This document shows positions 7,949 to 19,185 of a stretch of DNA of 53,966 nt, piece after piece. The stretch is from Candidatus Oleincola secundus (GTDB lineage Bacteria; Atribacterota; Phoenicimicrobiia; Phoenicimicrobiales; Stramentimicrobiaceae), in contig JAGYLS010000003.1 of assembly GCA_018400815.1 (NCBI GenBank), positions 1-53,966 of the forward strand. The letters run 5' to 3'. Position numbers and translations under genes: made by a program. How positions within the stretch are numbered: the stretch's first letter is position 1; the number at the start of each line of letters is the position of its first letter. The notes below the pieces were generated by a model that searched no databases, was not told where the DNA came from, and saw nothing but the letters and a program-made list of their open reading frames with translations.

Positions 7949-10237
7949 TTAACGGACAGCCTCCTTCAAGATTAACAGTGCACTTTGTTTCCCGTGGTTA
8001 CCTACCTGATTAATTGGTCCGACACAAGATGGACAACCTTTATCACAGCCGCAATTTTCAATCAAATCCCTGGCCGCCTTTAAAATTTTATCATGAAGTT
8101 CATAAATCTTCTCACTAAATCCGACACCACCCGGATAATTATCATAAATAAACAGTGTGGGTAAATCGGTAAAAGGAGAACGAATTTGGGCTACAGCCCG
8201 AATATCCTTTGGGTCACACATGATAAACAAAGGAGCTACATTGACCATCACATTGGATAATGCCAGCAAGCCCCCTCCCAAATCAAAGGTAAATCCGGAT
8301 TGAATTTTTTCACCAGAGTAATTATTAAGCTCCTCTGACAAAACCAACCAATAAGCAGTAGTATGCATATCTTCAGCGGGTAAGTTTATCTTCCCATAAC
8401 CAAGATTTTCATGCGTATAAAACTTAACCTTTTTGTACATGGTGGATATAGTGGTAATGGATATTTCACCATGTTGATGCTTGACATTTGCTTGGTCATG
8501 TCCCTCAAAAACATCCAGAAGTTTAATATGACTTTCTACCTGGGCGTCGGTATAGTAATCGGCATCTACTTTTTTTGCGTAGGCTTTATAATCATCATAA
8601 TCCAGCCTGGTAATAGTGTACTGATCCCCCTCGTGAATATAAATAGCACCTTCATGAATGGTAGTCGCTACACTCTCTCTATCCACTTCCCCGATAACCT
8701 TATTTTCTCCTGCTTCTGTATCAATAATTGCAAAATTCTCAGTTGAGGCACTGCGTAAACTAACTTCATCAGCAGGGTAGGCTTCACTCATCCAGTGCCA
8801 TTTATTCTGGGTGAAATGAACCATTTTCTTATCTTCCAAAAATTGCAATATTTCTTCCAACTCTTCAGAACCAAATTTTTCTCCCCGTATAAATGGCAAC
8901 TCAAAGGCAGCACATTTAATGTGGCTTATTAATATACTCAGGTTATTCGGGTCAATTACGGCGCTCTCCGGCGTTTCTTTAAAAAAATAATCAGAGGCAT
9001 TAATCATATATTGGTCCAGCGGTACACTGGAAGCAACCAGAATAGCAACAGAGGAATGGGACCGTCTGCCTGCCCGGCCAGCCTGCTGCCAGGTACTGGA
9101 GATTGTTCCGGGATAACCGGCAATAAAACAGGCATCCAGCTGCCCGATATCAACCCCTAGCTCCAGGGCATTAGTGCTGACTACACCCTTGATTTTACCT
9201 TCTTTAAGTCCTTTTTCAATTTCTCTACGTAAATTCGGTAGATAACCACCCCGATATCCTCTAACTTGGTCCCGGTCAATCCCTTTTTTCACCAAATAAT
9301 CCTTCAGATAACTGGTTAACAATTCAGTGGTTAAACGGCTGCGGGCAAAAACAATACTTTGAATATCATAATTTAAAAACTTGCTTACCAAACGGGCTGT
9401 TTCTTTAATGAGGCTTTTGCGAATTCCTAATTGCCTGTTAACAACCGGAGGGTTATAAAACAAAAAATATTTCTCACCTCTAGGTGCTCCGTTGTTATTA
9501 ATCAAGGTGAATTTTTCCCCCACAATCTTTTCGGAAAATTCCAGTGGATTAGCTATAGTAGCAGAACAGCAAATAAATTGTGGTTTTGAACCATAAAATT
9601 CACAGATCCTCTTTAATCTGCGTATTACATTGGCCATATGACTACCGAAAACACCACGATAAATATGAATTTCATCCATCACAATATATTTTAGGTTCTG
9701 AAATAACTGATGCCATTTGGTATGATGGGGTAATATCCCGGTATGTAGCATATCAGGGTTTGTAACCACAATTTGACCTTGCTTGCGAATAGAAGACCTG
9801 GCTGAAACAGGAGTATCACCATCATAGGTAAAGGTCTTCACCGGCTCATCCAGTGCCTCTATCATTCGGTATAGTTCCCCTAACTGATCTTGAGAAAGAG
9901 CCTTGGTGGGGAAAAGATAAATTGCCCGGGTTTCCGGTTTTTTAATTATAGCATCCAGTACCGGCAGGTTATAGCAAATCGTTTTTCCTGATGCCGTAGG
10001 CGTCACTGTAACTACATTTTTCCCTTCATTAATCGCCTTTAAAGCACTGGCTTGGTGAGAATAAAGATGGTTTATCCCATCTTTTCTTAAAATATCAATC
10101 AATCCGCTATTCAACCAATTCGGAAATTCAGCTAAACAAGCCTCTTCTGCCGGCAAGTGTTCCAGTGCCGTTAAATAGGGTCTTACAGTAAAATCATTTT
10201 CCAGCTCCTGTATGATTGCTGATACGTCGCAACTCAT
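7949..10237 (-). CDS. mrfA: DEAD/DEAH-box helicase with DUF1998 (YprA/MrfA/Hrq family)
   Basis: LYSHQ, TPTASGKT, DEIH, SAT, QQAGRAGR, C-terminal CGCDKGCPSC; RBS AGGAG before ATG 10237. Confidence 0.85.
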   Translation of the reverse strand: MSCDVSAIIQELENDFTVRPYLTALEHLPAEEACLAEFPNWLNSGLIDILRKDGINHLYSHQASALKAINEGKNVVTVTPTASGKTICYNLPVLDAIIKKPETRAIYLFPTKALSQDQLGELYRMIEALDEPVKTFTYDGDTPVSARSSIRKQGQIVVTNPDMLHTGILPHHTKWHQLFQNLKYIVMDEIHIYRGVFGSHMANVIRRLKRICEFYGSKPQFICCSATIANPLEFSEKIVGEKFTLINNNGAPRGEKYFLFYNPPVVNRQLGIRKSLIKETARLVSKFLNYDIQSIVFARSRLTTELLTSYLKDYLVKKGIDRDQVRGYRGGYLPNLRREIEKGLKEGKIKGVVSTNALELGVDIGQLDACFIAGYPGTISSTWQQAGRAGRRSHSSVAILVASSVPLDQYMINASDYFFKETPESAVIDPNNLSILISHIKCAAFELPFIRGEKFGSEELEEILQFLEDKKMVHFTQNKWHWMSEAYPADEVSLRSASTENFAIIDTEAGENKVIGEVDRESVATTIHEGAIYIHEGDQYTITRLDYDDYKAYAKKVDADYYTDAQVESHIKLLDVFEGHDQANVKHQHGEISITTISTMYKKVKFYTHENLGYGKINLPAEDMHTTAYWLVLSEELNNYSGEKIQSGFTFDLGGGLLALSNVMVNVAPLFIMCDPKDIRAVAQIRSPFTDLPTLFIYDNYPGGVGFSEKIYELHDKILKAARDLIENCGCDKGCPSCVGPINQVGNHGKQSALLILKEAVR

Positions 10238-10416
10238 AATTACGCTCCTGTTTGGTTCTTTGTTTTCAATACAAAATTTCATATAAAAAGCACTTGTATC
10301 TTTACTTTGTTTTGGAAAATATTTTCTAAATAATTGACTTAATTACTATAAATATATCATACCATAAAAAGAGAACTGTAATTGTCAATAGAAATAATAT
10401 TCAAATAACTGACAGC

Positions 10417-12151
10417 TTAATCAAACTCACATGGCTGGACATAAAAATCAATGCGATAACCATCAATAATTGGCAAACGCCGATCTTTCCCGAAAGATTT
10501 CGGGGTAATTCTAATACCCGGAGGGGCTTGTCTACGTTTAAATTCATTATTATCAACCAGTTGAATTACACGCAGAATAGTCTTAACGTCCAGACCGCTA
10601 TTTTCCACAATACGATATAACGAATTATCCTTCTCAATATATTCCTGTAATATATCATCCAATATTCGATAAGCGGGTAGGAAGTCAGTATCTTTTTGGC
10701 CTTCCCTTAGTTCAGCTGAAGGTGTCTTTTTTATAATACTTCCGGGAATTAATTCCCTTCCGGCCTGTTGATTACGAAAACGGGCTAGTTTATAGACTAG
10801 GGTTTTGTAAACATCCTTCAATATGCCGAATCCTCCCACCAGATCTCCATAAATTGTAGTATAGCCTACTGCAATCTCGCTTTTGTTCCCCGGTGCCAGA
10901 ACAAGCCAGTCTTTTTTATTCGAAAATGCCATGAGTAAGATTGGCTCGAATTCGAGCCTGTAAATTTTCCTCAGTCTTATCAAATTGCACTTCTCCCCAT
11001 ATCTTTGTTAGTGTTAATATATATTCCAGAAATATTTTTTCTATGGGAATTTCTATTATTTCTATGCCTAAATTAGAAGCCAATCGATAGGCATCTTCCT
11101 TAGAATGAGCAGAAGTATAACGTGAGGGCATAAAAAGAGCATTAACATTTTCCTTACCCAATGCATCTACGGCAATAGTTGCCGTAAGAGCTGAATCAAT
11201 GCCACCACTGAGCCCTACAACTACCTTTTGAAAACGTGTTTTGTAAATATAATCTCTGGTACCCAATAACAGAGCTTGATATATTTCATCTTCCTTTTTA
11301 TAAAATTTTTCAATACGACCACGATTATAGTCTCTTTTTTTCTCAATAAGTTTTAATGGCACATGATAATAATTACCCTTTACCAAAGGTATTTTCGCTT
11401 TAAGCTCAGCTCGGGGCAAATCTACAATCAAGAGATCCTCTTCAAACTGTTTGGCTGCAGCAAGTATTTTACCATTGGGACTAATGACCATACTCCCCCC
11501 GTCAAATACCATTTCATCCTGACCACCGACCAGATTGACATAACTGATATAGGTATTAAACCGCAATGCCTGTTCCTTTAAAATATCAACCCTTTGCTGA
11601 ATTTTATTAGCATAATAAGGAGAGGCAGAAAGGTTAATATTCAATTTGGCTCCCAGATTGGCCTGCCTTTCAATAACAAAACCTTTTTTAATCCAGATAT
11701 CTCCGCAGATGCTGGTCCCTAAAAGCATGCCATCAACATCGAGAATAAGAAATTTACGACCTGGACTGAAATATCTTTTTTCATCAAAAACACTATAATT
11801 GGGTAATTCTATCTTACGATATATTGCCCTTACCCGTTGTTGATGTAATACGGCTGCCACATTATTGATAATCCATCTTCTTTTTCTGGCTACCGTCCCT
11901 ATATAGACAATGGTATCATTAACCTGTTGACAAATATAATTTAATTCTTTTAATGAATCATCAATAAAATGTTTTTTTAATAGTAAATCTTCTGGCGGAT
12001 AACCTGTTAATGCCAGTTCTGGAAAGACAACAATATCTGCTTGTTCTTTCTCAGCTTCTTTAATAAAAGATATGATTTTATCACTGTTATAGGATAAATG
12101 CCCGGTAATAGGATTTATCTGAGCTAAGGCCAGTCGCAGATATTTTTTCAT
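10417..12151 (-). CDS. nadE: Glutamine-dependent NAD+ synthetase, frameshifted near 10935
   Basis: Nitrilase domain (FPEL, LPNYSVFDEKRYF, ICGD) plus SGGIDS and ENLQARIR; continues in another frame LMAFSN...GNKSE...PSAEL...EFKRRQAPPG. Confidence 0.9.
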
Positions 12152-12384
12152 TACATTTCCCTTTCTAAATTTTATCATGAGTTCTATTGTATTTTTGTCA
12201 GAATTGGGCTCTTTAAAATTCTATCATAAATATAATCATATAGCGAAATTCATTCTATCCGGAAATTAGTTAAAATATTGAGTCCCGATAAAAGCATTAA
12301 TCTTTATTTGCTTTTTTATTCATGACTTATTATAATATATATTTGTATTATCTATAAAAATAATCATACGAAAGGATGAAACAT

Positions 12385-12785
12385 ATGAAAATACCGCAAG
12401 ATATCCAGAATGTTATGAACGAGGACAAGGCTTTTTCTTTTGCAACAGCCAGTAAAAAGGCACTCCAAATATTAACGTGATTGGGATTAAAAAAATAGAG
12501 GATGACGAGACCGTTTTACTTGCTGATAACTATTTTGATAAAACATTCGCTAACCTTAAAGAAAATACCCAAGCAGCAATACTCACCAAAAAACCTGAAG
12601 ATAAACTATGGTATCAATTAAAGGGAACTTGTCAGTATGTTAATGAAGGTCAAAAATACGAAGAATTTAAAAATTGGGTAAAATCCAAGAACGAGAGTCT
12701 TCCTGCTAAAGGAATGGTAATTTTTAAGGTTGAACAAATTTTCAATACAGCAGCAGGTCCAAATGCAGGTAAACCCATTGCTTAA
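12385..12785 (+). CDS. Pyridoxamine 5'-phosphate oxidase-like FMN-binding protein, frameshifted at the A-run near 12454-12458
   Basis: ATG 12385 gives MKIPQDIQ...FATASK, then [GTPNINVIG]...ADNYFDKTFANLKEN...YQLKG once one A is restored. Confidence 0.8.
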
Positions 12786-12829
12786 GATATAAGTTCAATT
12801 TTTTAAATCATTCAATAAGTGCTTATTCT

Positions 12830-13080
12830 AATTTATTTAACCATTACCACCTTCTTAGAAGGTGGTAATGGTTAAATAAATTGTTTTATCACAAAAAAGA
12901 ATAAGAAAAGCTATCTGACAATTTTCAGCTAAACTCTTAAGTTGGAAGTTGGTTAACTTAGAAATATTTATAGTTAAATAAAATTAAAAGAAAAAAGAGC
13001 ATAACAAAAAATTAAACAAGAAAAACTCAAACATCTTTTAGATGTTCTTAAAGCCACCTGCTTTGCTGGTGCGATGTTTG
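12830..13080 (-). repeat. Dispersed hairpin/palindrome element, copy A (full length, reverse orientation)
   Basis: Perfect 53-bp palindrome 12830-12882, conserved core, twin hairpins at 13029-13075. Confidence 0.9.
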
Positions 13081-13084
13081 CTAA

Positions 13085-15838
13085 TCAATCACTTATTGAA
13101 TGATTTTTCTTATAAGTGAGTTTTAATTTTTTTAATATCTCCACATAAGGAACCGCAGTAAAAGAAAGAAATATAATTACCAGCCATTGATAATAACTGA
13201 GTGGTACTACCTTGAATACTAGTTGCAAATAAGGAATAAGCATCACTGCCAACTGCAAAATACCTGAAACCAAAATGGCCAGAATCAAATATCGATTACT
13301 AAAAATACCCAATTTGGCCAATGAATAACGCTCAGAACGAGAGTTCAAAGATTGCCACAATTGGGTGAAACTTAAGGTACCAAAAGCCATAGTTTCCCCC
13401 ACTTCTAAGGAATACTGGCTATATCCGTAATAAAAGGCAATTAAAGTAATAATACCAATGAATATTCCCTGGGAAAAAATATTAAATCCCATCTTACCCG
13501 AAAAAATTCCTTCATCCGGATCCCGGGGAGGGTGTTTCATCAGATCCCTCTCGGCCGGATCAAGGCCTAATGCTAAAGCAGGAAAACCGTCGGTAACTAG
13601 ATTAACCCAGAGAATTTGAATAGGAAGCAACGGGCGAGGTAAACCAATTAAAATGGCAATAAAAATGGTAATTATTTCTCCTAAATTACATGATAGTAGA
13701 TATCGGATAAATTTCCGGATATTCTGGTAGATTTTTCTTCCTTCCTCCACAGCAGATACAATAGAAGAAAAATTATCATCGGTTAAAATCATATCAGCTG
13801 CTTCCTTGGAAACATCCGTACCGGTAATACCCATGGCCACGCCAATATCAGATTCCTTTAATGCAGGTGCATCATTAACGCCATCACCGGTCATTGCTAC
13901 CACCTGTTTGTTTTTCTGCAAAGCCTTGACAATCCTTTGCTTATGTCTTGGTGAAACACGTGCAAAAATAGTAGTTTCCAATACAATTTTCTCTAATTCC
14001 GGCTGAGACATATTCTCCAGTTCTGTACCGGTAATAATACGGTCACCGGAATGATAAATATCCAATTGGTCAGCAATTGCCTGGGCAGTCAGTGAATAGT
14101 CTCCGGTAATCATAACAGGACGTATGCCCGCTTTTCGACAGGTCTGAACTGCTTGAAGGGCTTCTTTTCTGGGAGGGTCTATCATAGCCATCAGCCCTAA
14201 AAAAATTAACTGACTTTCTGTTTTATCAATATCAAATTTTTGGTCATACTCTAATTGTTTTTTTTCAGATGGAGTTATCTCTCGATAGGCAATTGCCAAA
14301 ACTCTGAGTGCTGCTGAGGCAAGTTTTTTATTTTGTTCTAAAATAAGTTCTTTTATTGATTTAGATAATTGAGTAGATTCCCCGTTGTTCATATAATTTT
14401 TACATCTTTCAATGATCTGATCTGGCGCACCTTTTACAAAAAGTAATGTACCTCCATCCGTTGTTTGATGGATAGTTGACATCCTTTTCCGGTCTGAATC
14501 AAAAGGTAGTTCTTTTAAGCGGGGATATTTGTTTTCTAATCCCTCTTTTTGGTAACCTGCTTTGGCTGCCGTAACAATGAGCGCTCCTTCGGTTGGATCA
14601 CCTATAATATCCCAGTTTTGATTATCTTCATTTTGCCTTAAAGAAGAATTATTGCAAAGAGCTGCAGCCTTTAGCAAAAGGGACAAACTTTGCTCTTCAC
14701 TGGGTTGAATAAATTTACCATTCTCTCTAAATTGACCAAAAGGCTCATATCCAACACCCTCTACATCTATTTCCCTATTTGCCAATGCCAGCTTTTGGAC
14801 AGTCATCTGATTCTGGGTGAGGGTTCCGGTCTTATCTGAACATATTACAGTAGTTGCACCCAATGTCTCTACAGCCGGCAAACGCCTGATAATTGCATTT
14901 TTTTTAATCATTTGCTGTACACCCAGGGCTAGGACTATTGTTACCACCGCTGGTAATCCTTCCGGAACTGCGGCAACAGCAAGAGAAATACCGGTCATAA
15001 ACATATCAAAGAAATCAATCCCCCTCAAGCAACCTAATAAAATTACAATGGCTATTACGAATAGGATAATAACTCCCAGGTTCTTACCAACCTGGTTTAA
15101 CTTTTTCTGCAGGGGGGTCAATTCCTGCTTCTGTTCCTGAAGCATGCCGGCAATCTGTCCCATTTCGGTATCCATGCCGGTAGCAACAACTAAGCCCTTG
15201 CCTCTTCCGGCAATAACCGAAGTGCTCATATAGGCCATATTGGTACGGTCTCCAAGAGAGGTATCTTTTGCCTCAACTGCACTTGTATTTTTCTCTACTG
15301 CTTCGGATTCGCCGGTTAAAACGGATTCCTGGATGCGCATATCAGTCACTTTAACCAAGCGAAGATCTGCCGGAATTCTATCACCAGACTCTAAAATAAC
15401 TATATCTCCCGGAACCAATTGCTGTGATTGAATCTTTTTTTGCTGACCATCTCTAATAACCACTGTTTCAGGAACAGTCATTTTTTTTAAGGCATCCAGT
15501 GACTTTTCTGCCTTAAATTCCTGCAAAACACTCATGACCGCATTTAATATTACAATGATTACAATTACAATGGCATCAGTAGCTTCCCCCAATAATAGAG
15601 AAACGACTGCAGAGACCAATAAAATAAGAATTAGAACATCTTTAAACTGGTCTATCAGCATATTCCATATCGTTCTTTTCTTGCCCTCTTTTAACTGGTT
15701 AGGTCCGATTTTTTCCAGACGGTTATTGACTTCAGATTCACTCAGTCCTTTGCTTAAAGAAGTATTTAGCTCTGATTCTATTTCTTTTATCGACTTTTGA
15801 TAATATTTTCTTAAACTGTTCTTTTCTGTTCCAGTCAT
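13085..15838 (-). CDS. Calcium-translocating P-type ATPase (type IIA)
   Basis: TGES, VPEGL, DKTGT, KGAP, MITGD, GDGVND, NLVTDG. Confidence 0.93.
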   Translation of the reverse strand: MTGTEKNSLRKYYQKSIKEIESELNTSLSKGLSESEVNNRLEKIGPNQLKEGKKRTIWNMLIDQFKDVLILILLVSAVVSLLLGEATDAIVIVIIVILNAVMSVLQEFKAEKSLDALKKMTVPETVVIRDGQQKKIQSQQLVPGDIVILESGDRIPADLRLVKVTDMRIQESVLTGESEAVEKNTSAVEAKDTSLGDRTNMAYMSTSVIAGRGKGLVVATGMDTEMGQIAGMLQEQKQELTPLQKKLNQVGKNLGVIILFVIAIVILLGCLRGIDFFDMFMTGISLAVAAVPEGLPAVVTIVLALGVQQMIKKNAIIRRLPAVETLGATTVICSDKTGTLTQNQMTVQKLALANREIDVEGVGYEPFGQFRENGKFIQPSEEQSLSLLLKAAALCNNSSLRQNEDNQNWDIIGDPTEGALIVTAAKAGYQKEGLENKYPRLKELPFDSDRKRMSTIHQTTDGGTLLFVKGAPDQIIERCKNYMNNGESTQLSKSIKELILEQNKKLASAALRVLAIAYREITPSEKKQLEYDQKFDIDKTESQLIFLGLMAMIDPPRKEALQAVQTCRKAGIRPVMITGDYSLTAQAIADQLDIYHSGDRIITGTELENMSQPELEKIVLETTIFARVSPRHKQRIVKALQKNKQVVAMTGDGVNDAPALKESDIGVAMGITGTDVSKEAADMILTDDNFSSIVSAVEEGRKIYQNIRKFIRYLLSCNLGEIITIFIAILIGLPRPLLPIQILWVNLVTDGFPALALGLDPAERDLMKHPPRDPDEGIFSGKMGFNIFSQGIFIGIITLIAFYYGYSQYSLEVGETMAFGTLSFTQLWQSLNSRSERYSLAKLGIFSNRYLILAILVSGILQLAVMLIPYLQLVFKVVPLSYYQWLVIIFLSFTAVPYVEILKKLKLTYKKNHSISD

Positions 15839-15957
15839 TTTTGCTTCTACACCTCAGAAATAATTTATATCATCTAATTCTCACTATATTATATATTTTT
15901 AATTTCCTATTTATTATTAATCAAGATGATTGAAAATATAATTATATCTATTATATT

Positions 15958-16425
15958 CTAGATTTCTTTAAAATAATCCTGAAGGTAATCAATATTTCGT
16001 TTTATTTCAGTCAAACTTTGACGAAAATTTTTACCCTTATCTGGTAATTTGGACAAATAATGGGCATAGACTTCCAATGATTCATAGCGATGATAAAGAT
16101 AAAATTCCTTGCCCTTTTCTGAAAGAGTAACCAAAACTTTCCTTCTATCCTGCTGAGCTCGACGTCTTTTTATATAACCACGCTGGACTAAACGGTCAAC
16201 GATACTTGTCATGGTAGTAGGAGGAACATGGAATATCCGGGAAAGTTTGCTCATTGAAGCAAAGGATTCTTTCCCTAAAAATTCGATGAGATAATGTTCG
16301 GTAATACTAAAGGAAACTTTTCTAGTAGAAAGATGACTGCTATAGACATGTTCCCATAACATTTCAGTCAGTTGCAGAAATAAATCATTAATTTCGGCCG
16401 CAATCTTTTTTTCTTCTCTTCCCAT
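15958..16425 (-). CDS. MarR family transcriptional regulator
   Basis: TMTSIVDRLVQRGYIKR...DRRKVLVTLSEKG winged helix. Confidence 0.9.
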   Translation of the reverse strand: MGREEKKIAAEINDLFLQLTEMLWEHVYSSHLSTRKVSFSITEHYLIEFLGKESFASMSKLSRIFHVPPTTMTSIVDRLVQRGYIKRRRAQQDRRKVLVTLSEKGKEFYLYHRYESLEVYAHYLSKLPDKGKNFRQSLTEIKRNIDYLQDYFKEI

Positions 16426-16508
16426 GTATTTTTACCCAATTTACAAACTTTTTATTGCGAATATCGTACTTTAAATCATACGAATTACTATCCGAAAAGT
16501 CAAATTGA

Positions 16509-17897
16509 TTATTTTGTTTTCCAATTGTCAAATATTTTTTCCGCTTCTATTATAGCCTTTTTTACCCTATGCATAGAAGTACCGCCGTAGGATTTCTTGG
16601 AGTTTACAACATCTTCTGGGCTGAGTATATTTAGAACATCTTTTTCAAAAAGGTGCTGGAAATTCTGGAATTCTTTTAGTCTTAACTGCTCTATATTCTT
16701 TTTTTGTTCAATACAATATAGTACAATTTCTCCTACTACCTGATGGGCTTCACGAAAAGCCAAACCTTTTTTAACTAAATAATCAGCAACTTCGGTAGCA
16801 TTGGAAAAATCTCCCTTCAGACTATTTCTCATATTCTCTGATTTAACCTGCAAAGTTCTAACCATTCCACTCATTATGATAAGTGAATTTTTTAAGACCT
16901 CTACTGAATCAAACAGAGGCTCCTTGTCTTCCTGCATATCATGGTTATAAGCAAGAGGTAAGGCTTTCATGACAGTAAGTAAAGCCATAAGATGACCGTA
17001 CACTCTGCCTGATTTGCCTCTGATTAATTCTGCTGCATCAGGGTTCTTCTTTTGGGGCATAATACTGCTACCGGTACAAAAAGAATCATCCAATTCAATA
17101 AAATCAAACTCTTGGGAAGACCATAAAATTATTTCCTCGCTTAAACGGCTAAGATGCAACATTGTCATCGCTGAATCCGACAAAAATTCAATAATAAAGT
17201 CCCTGTCACTTACCGCATCAAGGCTATTTTGTGAAATCTCACTGAAATTAAGCTCTTTTGCCAGATATTGCCGGTCTATCGGGTAAGATGTCCCGGCCAT
17301 AGCAGCAGAACCTAACGGAAGAATATCCACCCTTTTATACAAATCTTCTAATCTTTCCCTATCCCGGTTAAATTTAAAAAAATAAGCCAGCAGGTAATGA
17401 GAAAATAGGATAGGTTGGGCATGCTGCAAATGGGTATAACCAGGCATAATAATTCCCAGATGATTCCACGCTATAAATAGCAGGGCTTCCTGCAAAGCAT
17501 CCAAATTTTGTTGAATTGTTCTAATTTCATCCCTTAAATACATTCTCTCATCAAGGGCAACCTGATCATTACGGCTTCGGGCAGTATGAAGTTTTCCGGC
17601 AATTTCACCTATCTTTTCTCTCAATATATTTTCAACCCAGGTATGAATATCTTCTGCCTGGTTATCGACAATTAAACTTCCGTCTTTAATTTGGCTCAAA
17701 ATATCCTTCAATCCTTTTATGATTTTATCAGCCTCAATCCTGGTAATGATTTTACATTTCCCCAGCATTTTGGCATGAGCAATACTGCCCAGGATATCAT
17801 ATTTGACCAGCTTTTTATCAAAATAGATTGAAGAAACAAAAGCCTGCATTGTTTTATCTATCTCTTTTCTGAATCTGCCGCCCCATAGTTTTTCCAT
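16509..17897 (-). CDS. argH: Argininosuccinate lyase
   Basis: True start MEKLWGGRF at 17897; LHTARSRNDQ, PGYTHLQ, GSSIMPQKKNPD. Confidence 0.97.
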   Translation of the reverse strand: MEKLWGGRFRKEIDKTMQAFVSSIYFDKKLVKYDILGSIAHAKMLGKCKIITRIEADKIIKGLKDILSQIKDGSLIVDNQAEDIHTWVENILREKIGEIAGKLHTARSRNDQVALDERMYLRDEIRTIQQNLDALQEALLFIAWNHLGIIMPGYTHLQHAQPILFSHYLLAYFFKFNRDRERLEDLYKRVDILPLGSAAMAGTSYPIDRQYLAKELNFSEISQNSLDAVSDRDFIIEFLSDSAMTMLHLSRLSEEIILWSSQEFDFIELDDSFCTGSSIMPQKKNPDAAELIRGKSGRVYGHLMALLTVMKALPLAYNHDMQEDKEPLFDSVEVLKNSLIIMSGMVRTLQVKSENMRNSLKGDFSNATEVADYLVKKGLAFREAHQVVGEIVLYCIEQKKNIEQLRLKEFQNFQHLFEKDVLNILSPEDVVNSKKSYGGTSMHRVKKAIIEAEKIFDNWKTK

Positions 17898-17898
17898 A

Positions 17899-19113
17899 TT
17901 AATCCTCTTGTTTATTTTGACTATTGACAGAGGCATAAACTTTGCTCGGTAATCCCCAGAGTTGAATAAAACCTTTGGCAAAATCCTGATTAAAGGTATC
18001 ACCTTCATCATACGTTGCCAGGTTAAAATCGTAAAGTGAATTTTTAGATTTTCTTCCGATAACAATACATTGTCCCTTGATTAGCTTAATTTTTACTGTT
18101 CCGTTTATTTTTTCTTTGATAACGCCAACGAATCCATCCAATGCTTCCTTTAGAGCTGAGAACCATAAGCCATTATAAGTCAGCTCTGCATATTTCTGAG
18201 AAATAATTTGCTTGAAATGAGCTAAATCTCCAGGTAAAACCAGACTTTCCAATGCACCGTAAGCCTTCAATAAGATAGTTGCTCCAGGACACTCATAAAT
18301 CTCTCTTGACTTGATACCAACCAACCTGTTTTCAACCATATCTACGCGTCCTATCCCGTTTTCTCCTCCCATTTTATTCAGCTTGGAGATAAGAGTCGAT
18401 AGGGAAATATTTTCTCCATCCACACTTAAAGGGACACCTTTTTCGAAATAAATTTCCAAATAAGTCGGTTTATTGGGAGCATCCTCTGGTTTTATTGTCC
18501 ATTTATATGCTTCTTCCGGTGGTTCTACCCAGGGATTTTCCAGAACTCCACACTCACATGACCTACCCCATAAGTTCTGGTCAACACTATAAGGATTGTC
18601 AACATCTACCGGAACTGGAATATTATATTTTTTTGCATATTCAATTTCCTCTTCCCGGGTAAATCCCCACTCCCTTGCCGGAGCAACAACCTGCAGGTTT
18701 GGATTCAAAGCAGCGGTTGATACTTCAAACCTTACCTGGTCATTGCCTTTGCCGGTACAGCCATGGGCAATTGCCTGTGCCTGTTCCTTTTTTGCAAAAT
18801 CAACTAATATTTTGGAAATCAAAGGTCTGGAATAAGCAGTCGCTAAGGGATAATGTTGTTCATAAACAGCTCCTGCCTGCAATCCTTTTAAAGCATATTC
18901 TCTGGCAAACTCTTCTTTGGCATCCACCACATATGATTTGCTTGCACCAACTTTCAAAGCTTTCTCTTTTACAAATTCCAAGTCACTTTCCTGTCCCACA
19001 TCAACTGCTACGGTTACTATTTCCTCACAGTAATTTTCCTTTAACCATTTGATGGCAATTGAAGTATCCAAACCACCTGAATAAGCCAGTATAATCTTCT
19101 TTAGTTTTTTCAT
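17899..19113 (-). CDS. argG: Argininosuccinate synthase
   Basis: [35 protein letters not shown]. Confidence 0.98.
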   Translation of the reverse strand: MKKLKKIILAYSGGLDTSIAIKWLKENYCEEIVTVAVDVGQESDLEFVKEKALKVGASKSYVVDAKEEFAREYALKGLQAGAVYEQHYPLATAYSRPLISKILVDFAKKEQAQAIAHGCTGKGNDQVRFEVSTAALNPNLQVVAPAREWGFTREEEIEYAKKYNIPVPVDVDNPYSVDQNLWGRSCECGVLENPWVEPPEEAYKWTIKPEDAPNKPTYLEIYFEKGVPLSVDGENISLSTLISKLNKMGGENGIGRVDMVENRLVGIKSREIYECPGATILLKAYGALESLVLPGDLAHFKQIISQKYAELTYNGLWFSALKEALDGFVGVIKEKINGTVKIKLIKGQCIVIGRKSKNSLYDFNLATYDEGDTFNQDFAKGFIQLWGLPSKVYASVNSQNKQED

Positions 19114-19185
19114 TACAAAACATCTCCTTAAATTATTTTCAATTTTAAAATATTATTCATTAATCATGCTATAAATTGGCAAATA

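Noticed and set aside
7949..10237. DUF1998 helicase as a DISARM/Druantia defence component
   Set aside because: Its partner is a YprB/MrfB exonuclease and there are no methylase or drm genes, which matches the repair-type system.
17898..18065. N-terminal extension of argH in the ORF track
   Set aside because: It overlaps argG; the conserved start is MEKLWGGRF at 17897.
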